Positions 26,932 through 36,542 of a stretch of 64,000 bases of DNA are shown here, one piece after another. Below the pieces are notes generated by a model, which worked only from the letters and a program-made list of their open reading frames with translations, was not told the origin of the DNA and searched no databases. Where the stretch lies: assembly GCA_041661005.1 (NCBI GenBank), contig JBAZVG010000001.1:671515-735514 (forward strand), in the 5' to 3' direction. The DNA is from Minisyncoccota bacterium. GTDB taxonomy: Bacteria; Patescibacteriota; Minisyncoccia; Phycocordibacterales; UBA9973. Each line of letters starts with the position of its first letter. Position 1 is the stretch's first letter. Both the position numbers and the translations under genes were made by a program.

Positions 26932-28053
26932 TTATTGACTCTCTAAAAATTGAAATATTTTTTCGTTGGTTAAAACATTTTCTGCGTGTATTTTGGCACG
27001 TTCCGGATCCGCATCCTTATAGTGTTCTAAGATAACCGCAACTTCTTTGGCTACAAGATCTTGATCAGCTACTATTTTTTCAACTTTAGCAATTTCATTT
27101 AAAACAAGAGCTAGTTTGGCTTTTTTTTCTCCATCATTTTTGAATTCTTTTCTCAAATCTTCTTTGGTTTTATTCAAGTGTTTCAGATAATCTTCAAACT
27201 TGAGCCCCATCTGGGTGATGTCGGATTCCATTCTATATAAAATTTTATCCAATTCAACCTCAATTAAAATCTCTGGCACATCAAAAGTGCTGTCTTCAAT
27301 TATTTTTTCAATTATTTTCAGCCTTGTTTTTTCTTTTTGTTGATTTCCTTTTTCTAATTTTAGATTTTCTTTCAGTTTTACCTTAAAATCAGCCACATCC
27401 TTAAACGGTCCGAGGGCTTGCACAAAATCGTCGTTGAATTCCGGTAATTTCCCGATGCTCTGATCTTCGTCAGAGGTCGGGATCCCGACTCCATCGGACG
27501 TCGGGACTTTTTCGTGTTTATGTTCTTCGCCCTCCTTGTGCACATGATGTTCGACTTCTGTGATGTGCTTTTTAGGCGCCCGGGATTTTCTGATGTCCAT
27601 TATGGTGGCCTCCAAATCTTGCTCAGTTACATCTATATTTTTTTCAGCGTCAGTGAGATTCCCGATAACTTTTTTAGCGATGTCTTTATAAGAGGGGAGT
27701 TTAATTTCCGGCAATACAGCGGTTTTTATCTTGAATCCTAGTGGATTTTTTCTGGCCAGTTTTGTAATAGAAATTTCCGGTCGACTTATGGCGTCGATTT
27801 TATTTTCTTCGAGGATTTTAGGATAATGTTCGCCAAGCGCCAATTCTGCCATTTCTTCTAGGATGCGAATTTCAGGGATATTAGAGAGCAAAACATTTTC
27901 GGGTATTTTTCCATTTCTAAATCCGTCTAATTTCAAGTTTTCACCGAGTCTCTTCAGCGCTTTTGAAAAATAACTTTCAAATACTTCTGTTTCCAGTTCT
28001 CCCTCAATTTCTACTTCGCTTTTTGGTAATTTTTTTATATTTATTTTTAGCAT
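26932..28053 (-). CDS. tig: Trigger factor lacking the FKBP PPIase domain; His/Glu-rich linker instead
   Basis: N-terminal ribosome-binding signature 'GFRNGKIP'. At 373 aa it is shorter than the canonical ~430 aa. The central region is 'HITEVEHHVHKEGEEHKHEK...' with no FKBP motifs. Confidence 0.8.
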   Translation of the reverse strand: MLKINIKKLPKSEVEIEGELETEVFESYFSKALKRLGENLKLDGFRNGKIPENVLLSNIPEIRILEEMAELALGEHYPKILEENKIDAISRPEISITKLARKNPLGFKIKTAVLPEIKLPSYKDIAKKVIGNLTDAEKNIDVTEQDLEATIMDIRKSRAPKKHITEVEHHVHKEGEEHKHEKVPTSDGVGIPTSDEDQSIGKLPEFNDDFVQALGPFKDVADFKVKLKENLKLEKGNQQKEKTRLKIIEKIIEDSTFDVPEILIEVELDKILYRMESDITQMGLKFEDYLKHLNKTKEDLRKEFKNDGEKKAKLALVLNEIAKVEKIVADQDLVAKEVAVILEHYKDADPERAKIHAENVLTNEKIFQFLESQ

Positions 28054-28086
28054 ACAGCTATACTATCTTTGTCGAGGCCTTTTGTC

Positions 28087-28123
28087 AAAAAGACCCATCG
28101 CTTGCATGCAATGGGTCTTTTTT
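28087..28123. terminator. Hairpin terminator flanked by A- and T-runs (bidirectional)
   Basis: 'aaaaagacccatcgcttgcatgcaatgggtctttttt'. Confidence 0.65.
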
Positions 28124-28141
28124 CTTCCGTTTTTAGTTTTC

Positions 28142-28378
28142 TTATTGGACGCTATTTATAGCATTAGCTCCCACATCAATGTCTGCTACATCAACCTCTT
28201 GTCCCAAGGTGTCCAGTTCAGTTGAATCTGTTGTTGATACAGATTCTGTCTGACCATTGATGGTATTGGTTGCAGGACTTTTATTTGATTGCCACAAATA
28301 TATTCCGCCTATAATGAGGATTATAATGATAACGATTAATCCAACAAGAGCTCCGTTTGATTTTTTTTCTGGGTCCAT
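28142..28378 (-). CDS. Small membrane-anchored hypothetical protein
   Basis: 78 aa with one TM helix, 'ALVGLIVIIIILIIGGIYLW'. Confidence 0.4.
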   Translation of the reverse strand: MDPEKKSNGALVGLIVIIIILIIGGIYLWQSNKSPATNTINGQTESVSTTDSTELDTLGQEVDVADIDVGANAINSVQ

Positions 28379-28449
28379 GTTTTTTTTAAGTTAATTGATA
28401 ATTTTAACCTCTAGATTAATAAATTTTTTGTGATAGGTTTTTTGGTCTA

Positions 28450-29343
28450 CTAGTCGTTGTCACTTTCTTCTGTTTCTCCGGCGCTAGCTTTGTCTGCTTC
28501 CATTTTTATCTTTGTTGCGTCCTTCAAAGCTTTTATCGAATCTTTTAACGCTTGATGCGCTTCTCTCACCGAGGTTTGGATTTCCTGGGTTAATGTTCTT
28601 AGCTTTGTCTTATTTTCCTTGGTAAGTTCATTGGTCGAAACGACTAGCAATGTATTAGCTTCTAGTATTTTTTCTTTCGCGATGTTTAGCTTTGTTTCGG
28701 CTATCGTTATGAAGCTTTTTGCTGTCGTGGCATCTACCCCTTTCAACTCAAGGGCTGTTATTCTGGCAACGATTTTATCTTTCAGGCTAGTTATTCTTGC
28801 TACCACTCCATCAAATCTTTCTAGCGCTTTCTCTCTGCCTTCTACTCGGACTTCTTTTATCTTTGCTTTTGCCTCATCCTTTTCACTCTTGATACTTTCT
28901 CTCAAAGCTTCCATTTTCACTTTGGCTTCTTCTCTCTTTATTTCCAGTTCTTTCTTCAGCGCCTCTCTTTTAATCTCGAATTCTCTTTTTATTTCCTCTC
29001 TTTTTATTTTTGCGTCTTTATCTATATCATCATTTTTACCATCATTGTCATTATCAAATGGTTTTAGATCTTTTAGATCAGAGATGCCATCGTCATCATC
29101 ATCTTGGTCCACAGAGTTAATAATTCCATCGTCGTCGTTATCTTGGTCTTTTGAATCATCACTTCTATCGTCATTTTTATCTTCGTCTTCATTATTGTCA
29201 TCTAATGATTCAACTTTTGCGCTATCGTCGTCTGAATCTCTTCCGCCATTTTCTGCACGAACAACTTTGGCGTTTAGAAAAACCATTAACGCTAGAACAA
29301 TAAACAATGCCAAATATTTTTTCATAAATGTTTTTTTCGCCAA
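28450..29343 (-). CDS. Secreted acidic (Asp-rich) coiled-coil protein
   Basis: Signal peptide, then a 'DSDDDSAKVESLDDNNEDEDKNDD...' region, then 'IKREEIKREFEIKREALKKELEIKREEAK' heptad-like repeats. The antisense Ser-rich ORF (28619-29380 +) is a low-complexity mirror. Confidence 0.55.
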   Translation of the reverse strand: MAKKTFMKKYLALFIVLALMVFLNAKVVRAENGGRDSDDDSAKVESLDDNNEDEDKNDDRSDDSKDQDNDDDGIINSVDQDDDDDGISDLKDLKPFDNDNDGKNDDIDKDAKIKREEIKREFEIKREALKKELEIKREEAKVKMEALRESIKSEKDEAKAKIKEVRVEGREKALERFDGVVARITSLKDKIVARITALELKGVDATTAKSFITIAETKLNIAKEKILEANTLLVVSTNELTKENKTKLRTLTQEIQTSVREAHQALKDSIKALKDATKIKMEADKASAGETEESDND

Positions 29344-29381
29344 CTGGCAATCTATTAAATTAATAATTCAACCTCAGTAGA

Positions 29382-31415
29382 TTATACCAGAAAAGCCACG
29401 ATAAGCAAAGCAACAATGTTCAAGATTTTGATCATTGGGTTTATAGCAGGACCGGCAGTGTCTTTATATGGGTCGCCGACAGTATCTCCAGTAACTGCAG
29501 CTTTGTGCGCATCGCTTCCTTTACCGCCATGGTTGCCTTGTTCAATGTGTTTCTTGGCGTTGTCCCATGCGCCTCCGCCAGATGTCATGGAAATTGCCAC
29601 GAAGAGTCCAGTGACAATAGAGCCTACAAGAAGCCCTCCTAAAACTACCAGACCATTTTCTTTGCCAAAGATTACAATCACTAAAATTGGCGCGACGACT
29701 GGTATGAGCGCTGGCAGGATCATTTGTTTTATGGCTGCTCCCGTGATAATCGATACAGCTTTTGCGTAATCCGGTTTAGCTTTGCCTTCCATGATTCCTT
29801 TTATTTCTCTAAACTGTCTTCTGATCTCTTCAACCACTTTGCCGGCAGTTTTTCCTACAGCCTCCATACAAAGCGCGCCAAAATAATATGGCAATAGTCC
29901 CCCAATAAAAAGACCGACAATAACGTATGGATTGCTCAAATCAAAAGTTATGCTTTTGCCTGCTTTTACTATTTCTTCGGTATAGGAAGCAAAAAGAACA
30001 AGGGCGGCCAAGCCTGCAGAACCGATGGCGTAGCCTTTGGTGACAGCTTTCGTGGTATTTCCCACGGCATCCAATGGATCAGTGACGTCTCGAACCTCTT
30101 TTGGAAGTTCTGCCATTTCTGCGATACCTCCTGCATTATCCGTGATGGGGCCGTATGCATCTATTGCCACGATAATTCCCGTCATTGAAAGCATGGACAT
30201 GGCGGCAACCGCGATTCCGTAAAGTCCGCCGTAGTTGTAGCTAACCAATATTCCCAAAACTATTGTGATCAATGGCCATGCGGTGGATTTCATTGAGATG
30301 GCTAAACCTTGGATGACATTTGTGCCATGACCAGAAACTGATGCTAGGGCTATGGATCTGACGGGGGAGTATTTTGTAGAGGTAAAGTATTCTGTGATAA
30401 GCACGAGGGCTCCGGTGACAAAAAGACCAACCAAAGAACAGATGAATAGAGCTGATATGGAATATTTCCCATTTCCAGACATCAGTAATTCAGTAACAGG
30501 GTAGAAAAGAGCAGCAGCGATCAACCCAGAAGCAATCAAACCTTTATATAGCGCGCCCATTATATTTACCCCGTCCTTGGCGGGGTTTTGAGATTTACCC
30601 AAACGCACAAACCAGGTGCCGACGATTGACGCGAATATTGCCATTCCGCCAATTACTAGCGGATAAATAATTGCATTTTCGAATTTAACAAAGAGAAGCG
30701 AGCCAAGCAACATTGTAGCTACTGAGGTGACAGCGTAAGTTTCAAAAAGATCGGCAGCCATACCAGCGCAGTCTCCGACATTGTCTCCGACATTGTCCGC
30801 AATAACCCCAGGATTCCTAGGATCATCCTCCGGAATGCCTGCTTCGAGTTTACCAACAAGGTCAGCTCCGACATCAGCTGCTTTGGTAAATATTCCTCCA
30901 CCTAATCTCGCAAAAACAGAGATAAGTGAAGCGCCAAAACCAAGCCCTACGAGAGCCGTGACATCTTTTGTAATAGCATAAAATAAGGTTACTCCGAGCA
31001 GGGCAAGTCCAACCACTAAAAGTCCAGTGACTGTTCCGCCTTTGAACGCCAGAGAAAGGGCGCTATTGATTCCACTTCTTGCGGCTTCAGTTGTTCTGAC
31101 ATTTGCTCTGACTGACACATTCATACCAATGTAACCCGCAAGAGCAGAAAAAATTGCTCCGACTAAAAATCCGAAAGCCATAGTCCAGCCAAGTTTTGGA
31201 ATAAAACCAATGACAAAGAAAAGTAATGTGGCAATGACGCCAATAGTTTTATACTGTTTATTCAAATAAGCTTGAGCTCCTTCTTGGATAGCTTTTGCAA
31301 TCTCTTGCATGCGAGCATTTCCTGGGCTCTTTTTTAAAATCGATTTTGCTAAAAATAGACCATAAACGATAGCAACCACTGCACTCACAATCGCAAACAA
31401 TAAAAATTGATTCAT
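29382..31415 (-). CDS. hppA: Membrane-bound proton/sodium-translocating pyrophosphatase (V-PPase)
   Basis: 677 aa, about 16 TM helices, with conserved 'GGG(I/L)[14 protein letters not shown]' and '[12 protein letters not shown]' motifs. Confidence 0.9.
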   Translation of the reverse strand: MNQFLLFAIVSAVVAIVYGLFLAKSILKKSPGNARMQEIAKAIQEGAQAYLNKQYKTIGVIATLLFFVIGFIPKLGWTMAFGFLVGAIFSALAGYIGMNVSVRANVRTTEAARSGINSALSLAFKGGTVTGLLVVGLALLGVTLFYAITKDVTALVGLGFGASLISVFARLGGGIFTKAADVGADLVGKLEAGIPEDDPRNPGVIADNVGDNVGDCAGMAADLFETYAVTSVATMLLGSLLFVKFENAIIYPLVIGGMAIFASIVGTWFVRLGKSQNPAKDGVNIMGALYKGLIASGLIAAALFYPVTELLMSGNGKYSISALFICSLVGLFVTGALVLITEYFTSTKYSPVRSIALASVSGHGTNVIQGLAISMKSTAWPLITIVLGILVSYNYGGLYGIAVAAMSMLSMTGIIVAIDAYGPITDNAGGIAEMAELPKEVRDVTDPLDAVGNTTKAVTKGYAIGSAGLAALVLFASYTEEIVKAGKSITFDLSNPYVIVGLFIGGLLPYYFGALCMEAVGKTAGKVVEEIRRQFREIKGIMEGKAKPDYAKAVSIITGAAIKQMILPALIPVVAPILVIVIFGKENGLVVLGGLLVGSIVTGLFVAISMTSGGGAWDNAKKHIEQGNHGGKGSDAHKAAVTGDTVGDPYKDTAGPAINPMIKILNIVALLIVAFLV

Positions 31416-31484
31416 GTTTTTTCTTGTTTCCTATACTCCATCTCGCTGGTTAGCGAGAAATGGGTAAGTTATTTAATAATAATT

Positions 31485-32693
31485 TTATTCTTCTTTAACT
31501 TTTACACTATCTTCATCTGTCACTGTAACTTCTTTTCCATTGCCTTTAATGTCTATTCTCCATCCAGTTAGTTTAGCCGCTAGGCGCACATTTTGTCCAC
31601 CCTTACCGATGGCAAGAGAAAGTTGGTCGTCAGCCACTTCTACGGTGGCCTTATGATCTTTCTCGTCTATTTCGATAGAAATAACTTTTGCTGGAGAAAT
31701 GGAATTGGAAACAAAAATCTTCGGATCTTCTGACCATGGAATGATGTCTATTTTTTCTCCACCCAACTCCTGTGTGATAGTGTTTACTCGCGTGCCTTTT
31801 TGTCCGACGCACGAGCCGACGGCGTCAATGTGTTCATCGTTTGAATGCACCGCTATTTTAGAGCGAGCGCCCGGTTCTCTGGCGATGGATTTTATTTCAA
31901 CAATCCCGTTTTGAATTTCTGGCGCTTCCATGGCAAAAAGTTTTTCTATGAATTTTGGATGCGCGCGAGATAGGCGCAGGTTTATGCCCCTTGGTGTGTC
32001 TTCCACGCTGTAGAGGTAAGCGCGCACACGTTGCCCCCTTTCCCAGAATTCTCCTGGTATTTGTTCTTCCATGGGTAATATGCCGGTAGCGCGATTGAAA
32101 TCAATATAGACATTTCCTCTCTCTACTTTTTGCACTATGCCTCCGATAATTTCTCCTTCTTTTGTGCCATATTCATCAATGATAGATGTGCGTTCAGCTT
32201 CGCGTATTTTTTGGATTATTACTTGCTTGGCGGTTTGAGCGGCGATACGTCCGTAATCTTCTTTTGATTCCAGTGGAAAAATAATCTCATCATTTAACTC
32301 TACCCCTTTTTTTATTTTTTTTGCATCTTCCAAGAGCATGTGGTGTTCTGCATTAAAATGAGCTCGCTCATCTCCTGCGTCTTTGAGAGAATATTCCCTA
32401 AACGCTTCTGCTGAAGCGTCGGGCGATCCGGCTTTGCCGGATTTAGCCTCCTCTCTCTTGTCTCCATCTATGATGGCGATGCTTTCGTCTACCACAATCT
32501 TTACTTGAAAAAAGTCTGTCTTTCCAGTTTCCAGGTCAAACTTGGCGCGGATGATTTGTCCTTTTTTGCCATAATCTTTCTTGTACGCAGCAGCCATAGC
32601 TTGCTCGATAGCGTCCAATATTTTTTCTTTTGGAATTTTTCTCTCTTCTTCCAATTGTTCCAATGCCGACTTGAATGTTTTTAGATCTAACAT
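31485..32693 (-). CDS. nusA: Transcription termination/antitermination factor NusA
   Basis: N-terminal domain, S1 and two KH domains ('[25 protein letters not shown]', '[20 protein letters not shown]'). Confidence 0.9.
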   Translation of the reverse strand: MLDLKTFKSALEQLEEERKIPKEKILDAIEQAMAAAYKKDYGKKGQIIRAKFDLETGKTDFFQVKIVVDESIAIIDGDKREEAKSGKAGSPDASAEAFREYSLKDAGDERAHFNAEHHMLLEDAKKIKKGVELNDEIIFPLESKEDYGRIAAQTAKQVIIQKIREAERTSIIDEYGTKEGEIIGGIVQKVERGNVYIDFNRATGILPMEEQIPGEFWERGQRVRAYLYSVEDTPRGINLRLSRAHPKFIEKLFAMEAPEIQNGIVEIKSIAREPGARSKIAVHSNDEHIDAVGSCVGQKGTRVNTITQELGGEKIDIIPWSEDPKIFVSNSISPAKVISIEIDEKDHKATVEVADDQLSLAIGKGGQNVRLAAKLTGWRIDIKGNGKEVTVTDEDSVKVKEE

Positions 32694-32859
32694 ATAGTTA
32701 TTTTATTTAATTTTATTAAAAAAAGCCCTGTTTTGACAGGACTCATACGCATCAAGAATACCACAATCTTTTTTTTAACGCAAATGCTTTAGTTATCCAC
32801 ATTGTAAATTTTAATTATTTACCGACTAATAATTTCAGTGTTATAATACAGAATACTAT

Positions 32860-33810
32860 ATGAGTTTCAATAATATAAACCACAGAAAACTATTTCTAAT
32901 TATCACTTTTTCCCTTCTTTCTTTCTTAGCGATAAATTCGCAAGTTCGATCTGCTCCGTCACCAACACCCATCTCTGGCTGGGCTTGGTCTTCGAATATT
33001 GGTTGGATCAGCTTTAGTTCCAGCAATGATCATGATGCGAATACTGCTGGAACTCAACAATCAGCATTTAGTTATGGTGTTAATAAAAATTCGAGCGGTG
33101 ATCTTACAGGATATGCCTGGTCGTCAAACATCGGTTGGATACAATTCGGTGGGCTTGCCGGCTGGCCAACGGGAGGTGGCACCACAGGGTCAAATGCAAA
33201 AATTGTCGGTAATTCTCTTGTCGGCTGGGCCAAGGCGCTTTCTGCCGACGGTAATGGTTGGGATGGTTGGATTTCTTTGGATGGAACAAATTATGATATC
33301 ACTTTGACCACTGCCGCTGGCGCTTTTTGTCCATCGGTAGATTGTACGGGATATGATTTTGCGTGGGGTTCGGATGTTGTGGGTTGGGTTGGTTTTGATG
33401 GTGTTATTGATTCCAATGCGCCTGCGCCCAGTGTCAGTCTTTCGGCAAGTGATACTAACATAACTTCAGGTCAACCTTCCACTCTTACGTGGGTTGCAAT
33501 TAATTCCACATCATGTGACGCTACTTTTACATCAAGCAATTCAGTATCAGGCTCTCAGTCAGTCAGTCCTACAACAGAGACTACATACAGTATTTCCTGT
33601 ATTGGAATAAATGGTAGTACTGTAACAGACAGTGTTACCATATATATCGATGTTGTGCCCAGTGGTTGGGTTGTGGTTTGGGGAGCTTGTGTTGACGGAA
33701 CCAAAACAGGAACTGCCACTTGCCCTGAAGGAGTTACTTGTACCCCTTCCACTCCTCCTGATCCTATAACTCTACCGTGTGTTAAAAAACCTATTTTTAT
33801 TGAACATTAG
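32860..33810 (+). CDS. Secreted repeat protein with 'GWAWSSNIGWISF' motifs; C-terminal 'KKPIFIEH'
   Basis: Signal peptide 'LFLIITFSLLSFLAINSQVRSA'. Repeats 'ISGWAWSSNIGWISF' and 'LTGYAWSSNIGWIQFGG'. Confidence 0.6.
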   Translation: MSFNNINHRKLFLIITFSLLSFLAINSQVRSAPSPTPISGWAWSSNIGWISFSSSNDHDANTAGTQQSAFSYGVNKNSSGDLTGYAWSSNIGWIQFGGLAGWPTGGGTTGSNAKIVGNSLVGWAKALSADGNGWDGWISLDGTNYDITLTTAAGAFCPSVDCTGYDFAWGSDVVGWVGFDGVIDSNAPAPSVSLSASDTNITSGQPSTLTWVAINSTSCDATFTSSNSVSGSQSVSPTTETTYSISCIGINGSTVTDSVTIYIDVVPSGWVVVWGACVDGTKTGTATCPEGVTCTPSTPPDPITLPCVKKPIFIEH

Positions 33811-33837
33811 TAGATTAAAAAAAATTTCTAAAAATAT

Positions 33838-36471
33838 ATGAAAAAAATTATTTTGGTTGCGTTTGTTTTGTGGTTGGGTATTTCAGCGACAAGCGCTGAG
33901 GCAGGAACAAGTTCGGTGGTTGCTACTGTAAATATCTATAATGCAAGAATTGAATCTCAGAACGAAAATACTTTTAATATTTCTTTCGATCTTTCAAACC
34001 GTGAAGGTGTTCAGTCTGGAATCAAATATTCAACCGTTCTCACAAAACTTCCGAGTAACGAGATTGTTGATGAGCAGGTATATGACGAGACACTCTCATT
34101 AAGTGAAAACGAAACTGTTTCTAAAAATATTACATATACTCCCTCTACATCTTTATCTTCGGGTGTTTATACGCTTTGGATTCAAAGTAAAAACGATCGA
34201 GGTTTCTCATTTGCAATGGCCGATCTTGGGAATGTCACATTGACTTCGTCAAAATCACCGAAAGTTGAAATTCTGTCGGATACTTGTTACTTGACCATAG
34301 ACAACAAAAAACCTGTTGAAAAATATTCCCTTATTCAAGGGTTGAGTATTAATTATGCGGATGTTCTCGTTGCCACATGCAAGGTTTCCAGCACCTTTCC
34401 TGCAACGACTCATTATGTCCCAACATTTGAAACTTATTTCAGATCAACCTTTGGCGATAAAGCAAACCAGACGAGTGATCCGACTAACCTTCTTGCAATA
34501 CCAAAAGGAGTCTCTTCAATCTCCGTAGTTATTCCAAAAGCAACACAACCTCAATCCTATGAGACTAAATTTTATTTAACCGATTCTAACGGTTTGAATA
34601 AATCTAACGCGGTCAACATCAATTACGTTCTCAAAGGAATTAGTGGAACTATACAGAATGCTGTTTTTGACAAGGATGCATACATAAAGGGGGATACCGC
34701 GCGTTTGCAAATTTTTGCTACTTTTCCCGAAGGGAATCAAAAACTAGATGTTGTGATAACAGATCAGAAAGGCGATGAGTGCGGTTCATTTACGAAACAA
34801 GATCTAAAAAACGATGAACCAGTTGTTGATGTTTCTGTTGAAATAGAAAAGGATTGTGAAAATCCAATTGCGCAAGTAACTCTTTCCGGCATATTGGATG
34901 GAAACTCAGGTTTTCAAACTCTTGATTCAAGAGAATTTCAGACGTCATTGGATTCTGAGTCCGCGACTGTGGCCAAACCTGGAGTGATTATTTTAATTGT
35001 TGCTGGAATTCTGTTGATACTCGCGGTTTTATTTTTCTCGTATAGAAATAAAAGAATAATCAAGATCTCTGTTTTGTTTTTATTTTTTATTGGGATATCG
35101 ATTTTTGGAGATGTTAGGGAAGCCAAAGCTGACACAGTGACATATACTCCTGATCCGGATGTGGGTACTTTCATATTTACACTCAGCACAAATAAATCCA
35201 TATATGATGTAGGAGAAAGGGTCAGAGTTACTGGATCGGTGACTTTTTTGTTGGCGCCGAGTCGATCTTCATTTGAAGGTATAGCTGTCTCTCCATATAT
35301 AACGGCGACAATTGACAATGTGCCACCTGCCAGAAAATTTTGGCAAGATCCCTACGATATACATTTCATAAGAACGTTTGGTTCAGCATCTTTGACATTT
35401 AATAGAGCTTTATCAATTGGGAATCATCATGCTGTCTCTAATAATTTTGGCAGTGTTTTTTTTGACTCTTCACTATCGTATGGAACTATCTCTGTGCCTT
35501 TTGAAGTGAGCGCGCTTGTTCCTCCCGTTGTCACTATTCAAGCAACTCCAGCCACTGTGGAACTTCCCGCAAATGATTCTACATTACTAGAATGGTCTGC
35601 GACGAATGATCCGACAGAATGTACTGCGTCTGGTGATTGGAGTGGAGATAAAGATGTTTCAGGTTCACAGACTATTTCTGGTCTTACGGTTGGAGAATAT
35701 ACATATACTTTGGTTTGTTCAAATGCAAGCGGGTCAAGTGCTCCGAGTAGCGCGAATGTGACGGTAATAAATCCTTTACTAGACGATATGTCTGGTGTCT
35801 TGCTTGCTAATCCAGTTCACTGCGATGTTCTCGAAGGGCAAAGAAGTTGCTACACAGATCTTGCTTGGAATGTAACTAATCCTGAAATTGTGGGTGGATC
35901 TACCGTGACTAGTAATACTGATAACGATGGAAATGTTTCACATAATTTTAGTATTATTCCGCCTGTAAGCTCGGGCACCACAGACTCTGGGACAAAATCA
36001 AATGTCGCTGTTTCGCACACGGGCAGAACATTTTTCCTATACAATAACGGTCACGAATTTCCCCCAATTACGGTAACTGCAAGTTGTGCTCCGGGGGCTG
36101 ATTGGAATGCTGGTACTAAAACCTGCAAGGTTGGTGGCAATGGCAATGGTAACGGTAACTGTACCGACGGTATAAGAAATGGGGACGAGACAGGTGTTGA
36201 TATTGGTGGCCGTTGTGGTGGTGGTATTGGTAACGGTAACTGTACCGACGGTATAAGAAATGGGGACGAGACAGGTGTTGATATTGGTGGCCGTTGTGGT
36301 GGTGGTATTGATGCCAGGGGTGTCTGTTCTGATGATCATTCTCTTCCTTGTTCTTCTGGTAGGCCTAGTGAAATTTTAAGTAGTCCGAGTCTTTGGACGT
36401 GGACTTGTTCAGGGACAGACACATCTGAATTGTGCACAGAACCTAAAAGTCCTATCTTTATAGAAGATTAA
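33838..36471 (+). CDS. Large (877 aa) surface protein with signal peptide, internal TM pair, Ig-like regions, perfect 81-bp tandem duplication and C-terminal 'KSPIFIED'
   Basis: Signal peptide 'MKKIILVAFVLWLGISATSAEA'. Internal hydrophobic pair 'VIILIVAGILLILAVLFF...ISVLFLFFIGISIFG'. Two copies of the repeat 'GNGNCTDGIRNGDETGVDIGGRCGGGI'. Confidence 0.65.
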   Translation: MKKIILVAFVLWLGISATSAEAGTSSVVATVNIYNARIESQNENTFNISFDLSNREGVQSGIKYSTVLTKLPSNEIVDEQVYDETLSLSENETVSKNITYTPSTSLSSGVYTLWIQSKNDRGFSFAMADLGNVTLTSSKSPKVEILSDTCYLTIDNKKPVEKYSLIQGLSINYADVLVATCKVSSTFPATTHYVPTFETYFRSTFGDKANQTSDPTNLLAIPKGVSSISVVIPKATQPQSYETKFYLTDSNGLNKSNAVNINYVLKGISGTIQNAVFDKDAYIKGDTARLQIFATFPEGNQKLDVVITDQKGDECGSFTKQDLKNDEPVVDVSVEIEKDCENPIAQVTLSGILDGNSGFQTLDSREFQTSLDSESATVAKPGVIILIVAGILLILAVLFFSYRNKRIIKISVLFLFFIGISIFGDVREAKADTVTYTPDPDVGTFIFTLSTNKSIYDVGERVRVTGSVTFLLAPSRSSFEGIAVSPYITATIDNVPPARKFWQDPYDIHFIRTFGSASLTFNRALSIGNHHAVSNNFGSVFFDSSLSYGTISVPFEVSALVPPVVTIQATPATVELPANDSTLLEWSATNDPTECTASGDWSGDKDVSGSQTISGLTVGEYTYTLVCSNASGSSAPSSANVTVINPLLDDMSGVLLANPVHCDVLEGQRSCYTDLAWNVTNPEIVGGSTVTSNTDNDGNVSHNFSIIPPVSSGTTDSGTKSNVAVSHTGRTFFLYNNGHEFPPITVTASCAPGADWNAGTKTCKVGGNGNGNGNCTDGIRNGDETGVDIGGRCGGGIGNGNCTDGIRNGDETGVDIGGRCGGGIDARGVCSDDHSLPCSSGRPSEILSSPSLWTWTCSGTDTSELCTEPKSPIFIED
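36148..36309 (+). repeat. Perfect tandem duplication, 2 x 81 bp, in-frame within surface-protein gene
   Basis: Units 36148-36228 and 36229-36309 are identical base for base. Confidence 0.9.
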
Positions 36472-36487
36472 TAAATCAGAAAGCAAC

Positions 36488-36526
36488 AAAAAATCCTCGT
36501 TGATATTTATATTTCGAGGATTTTTT
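36488..36526 (+). terminator. Rho-independent terminator
   Basis: 'aaaaaatcctcgttgatatttatatttcgaggatttttt': 11-bp stem plus T-run. Confidence 0.8.
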
Positions 36527-36542
36527 GTTATACTGTGTACGT

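Noticed and set aside
28619-29380. 253-aa Ser-rich + strand ORF
   Set aside because: Antisense reading of the Asp/Glu/Lys-rich repeat gene (GAT/GAA codons read as Ser/Phe codons). Artefact of low complexity.
36148-36309. CRISPR array?
   Set aside because: Only two units, directly adjacent with no spacers, in-frame in a CDS. Likewise the 32-nt repeats at 56725 and 57333 are a single pair flanking a gene, not an array. No cas genes are present in the window.
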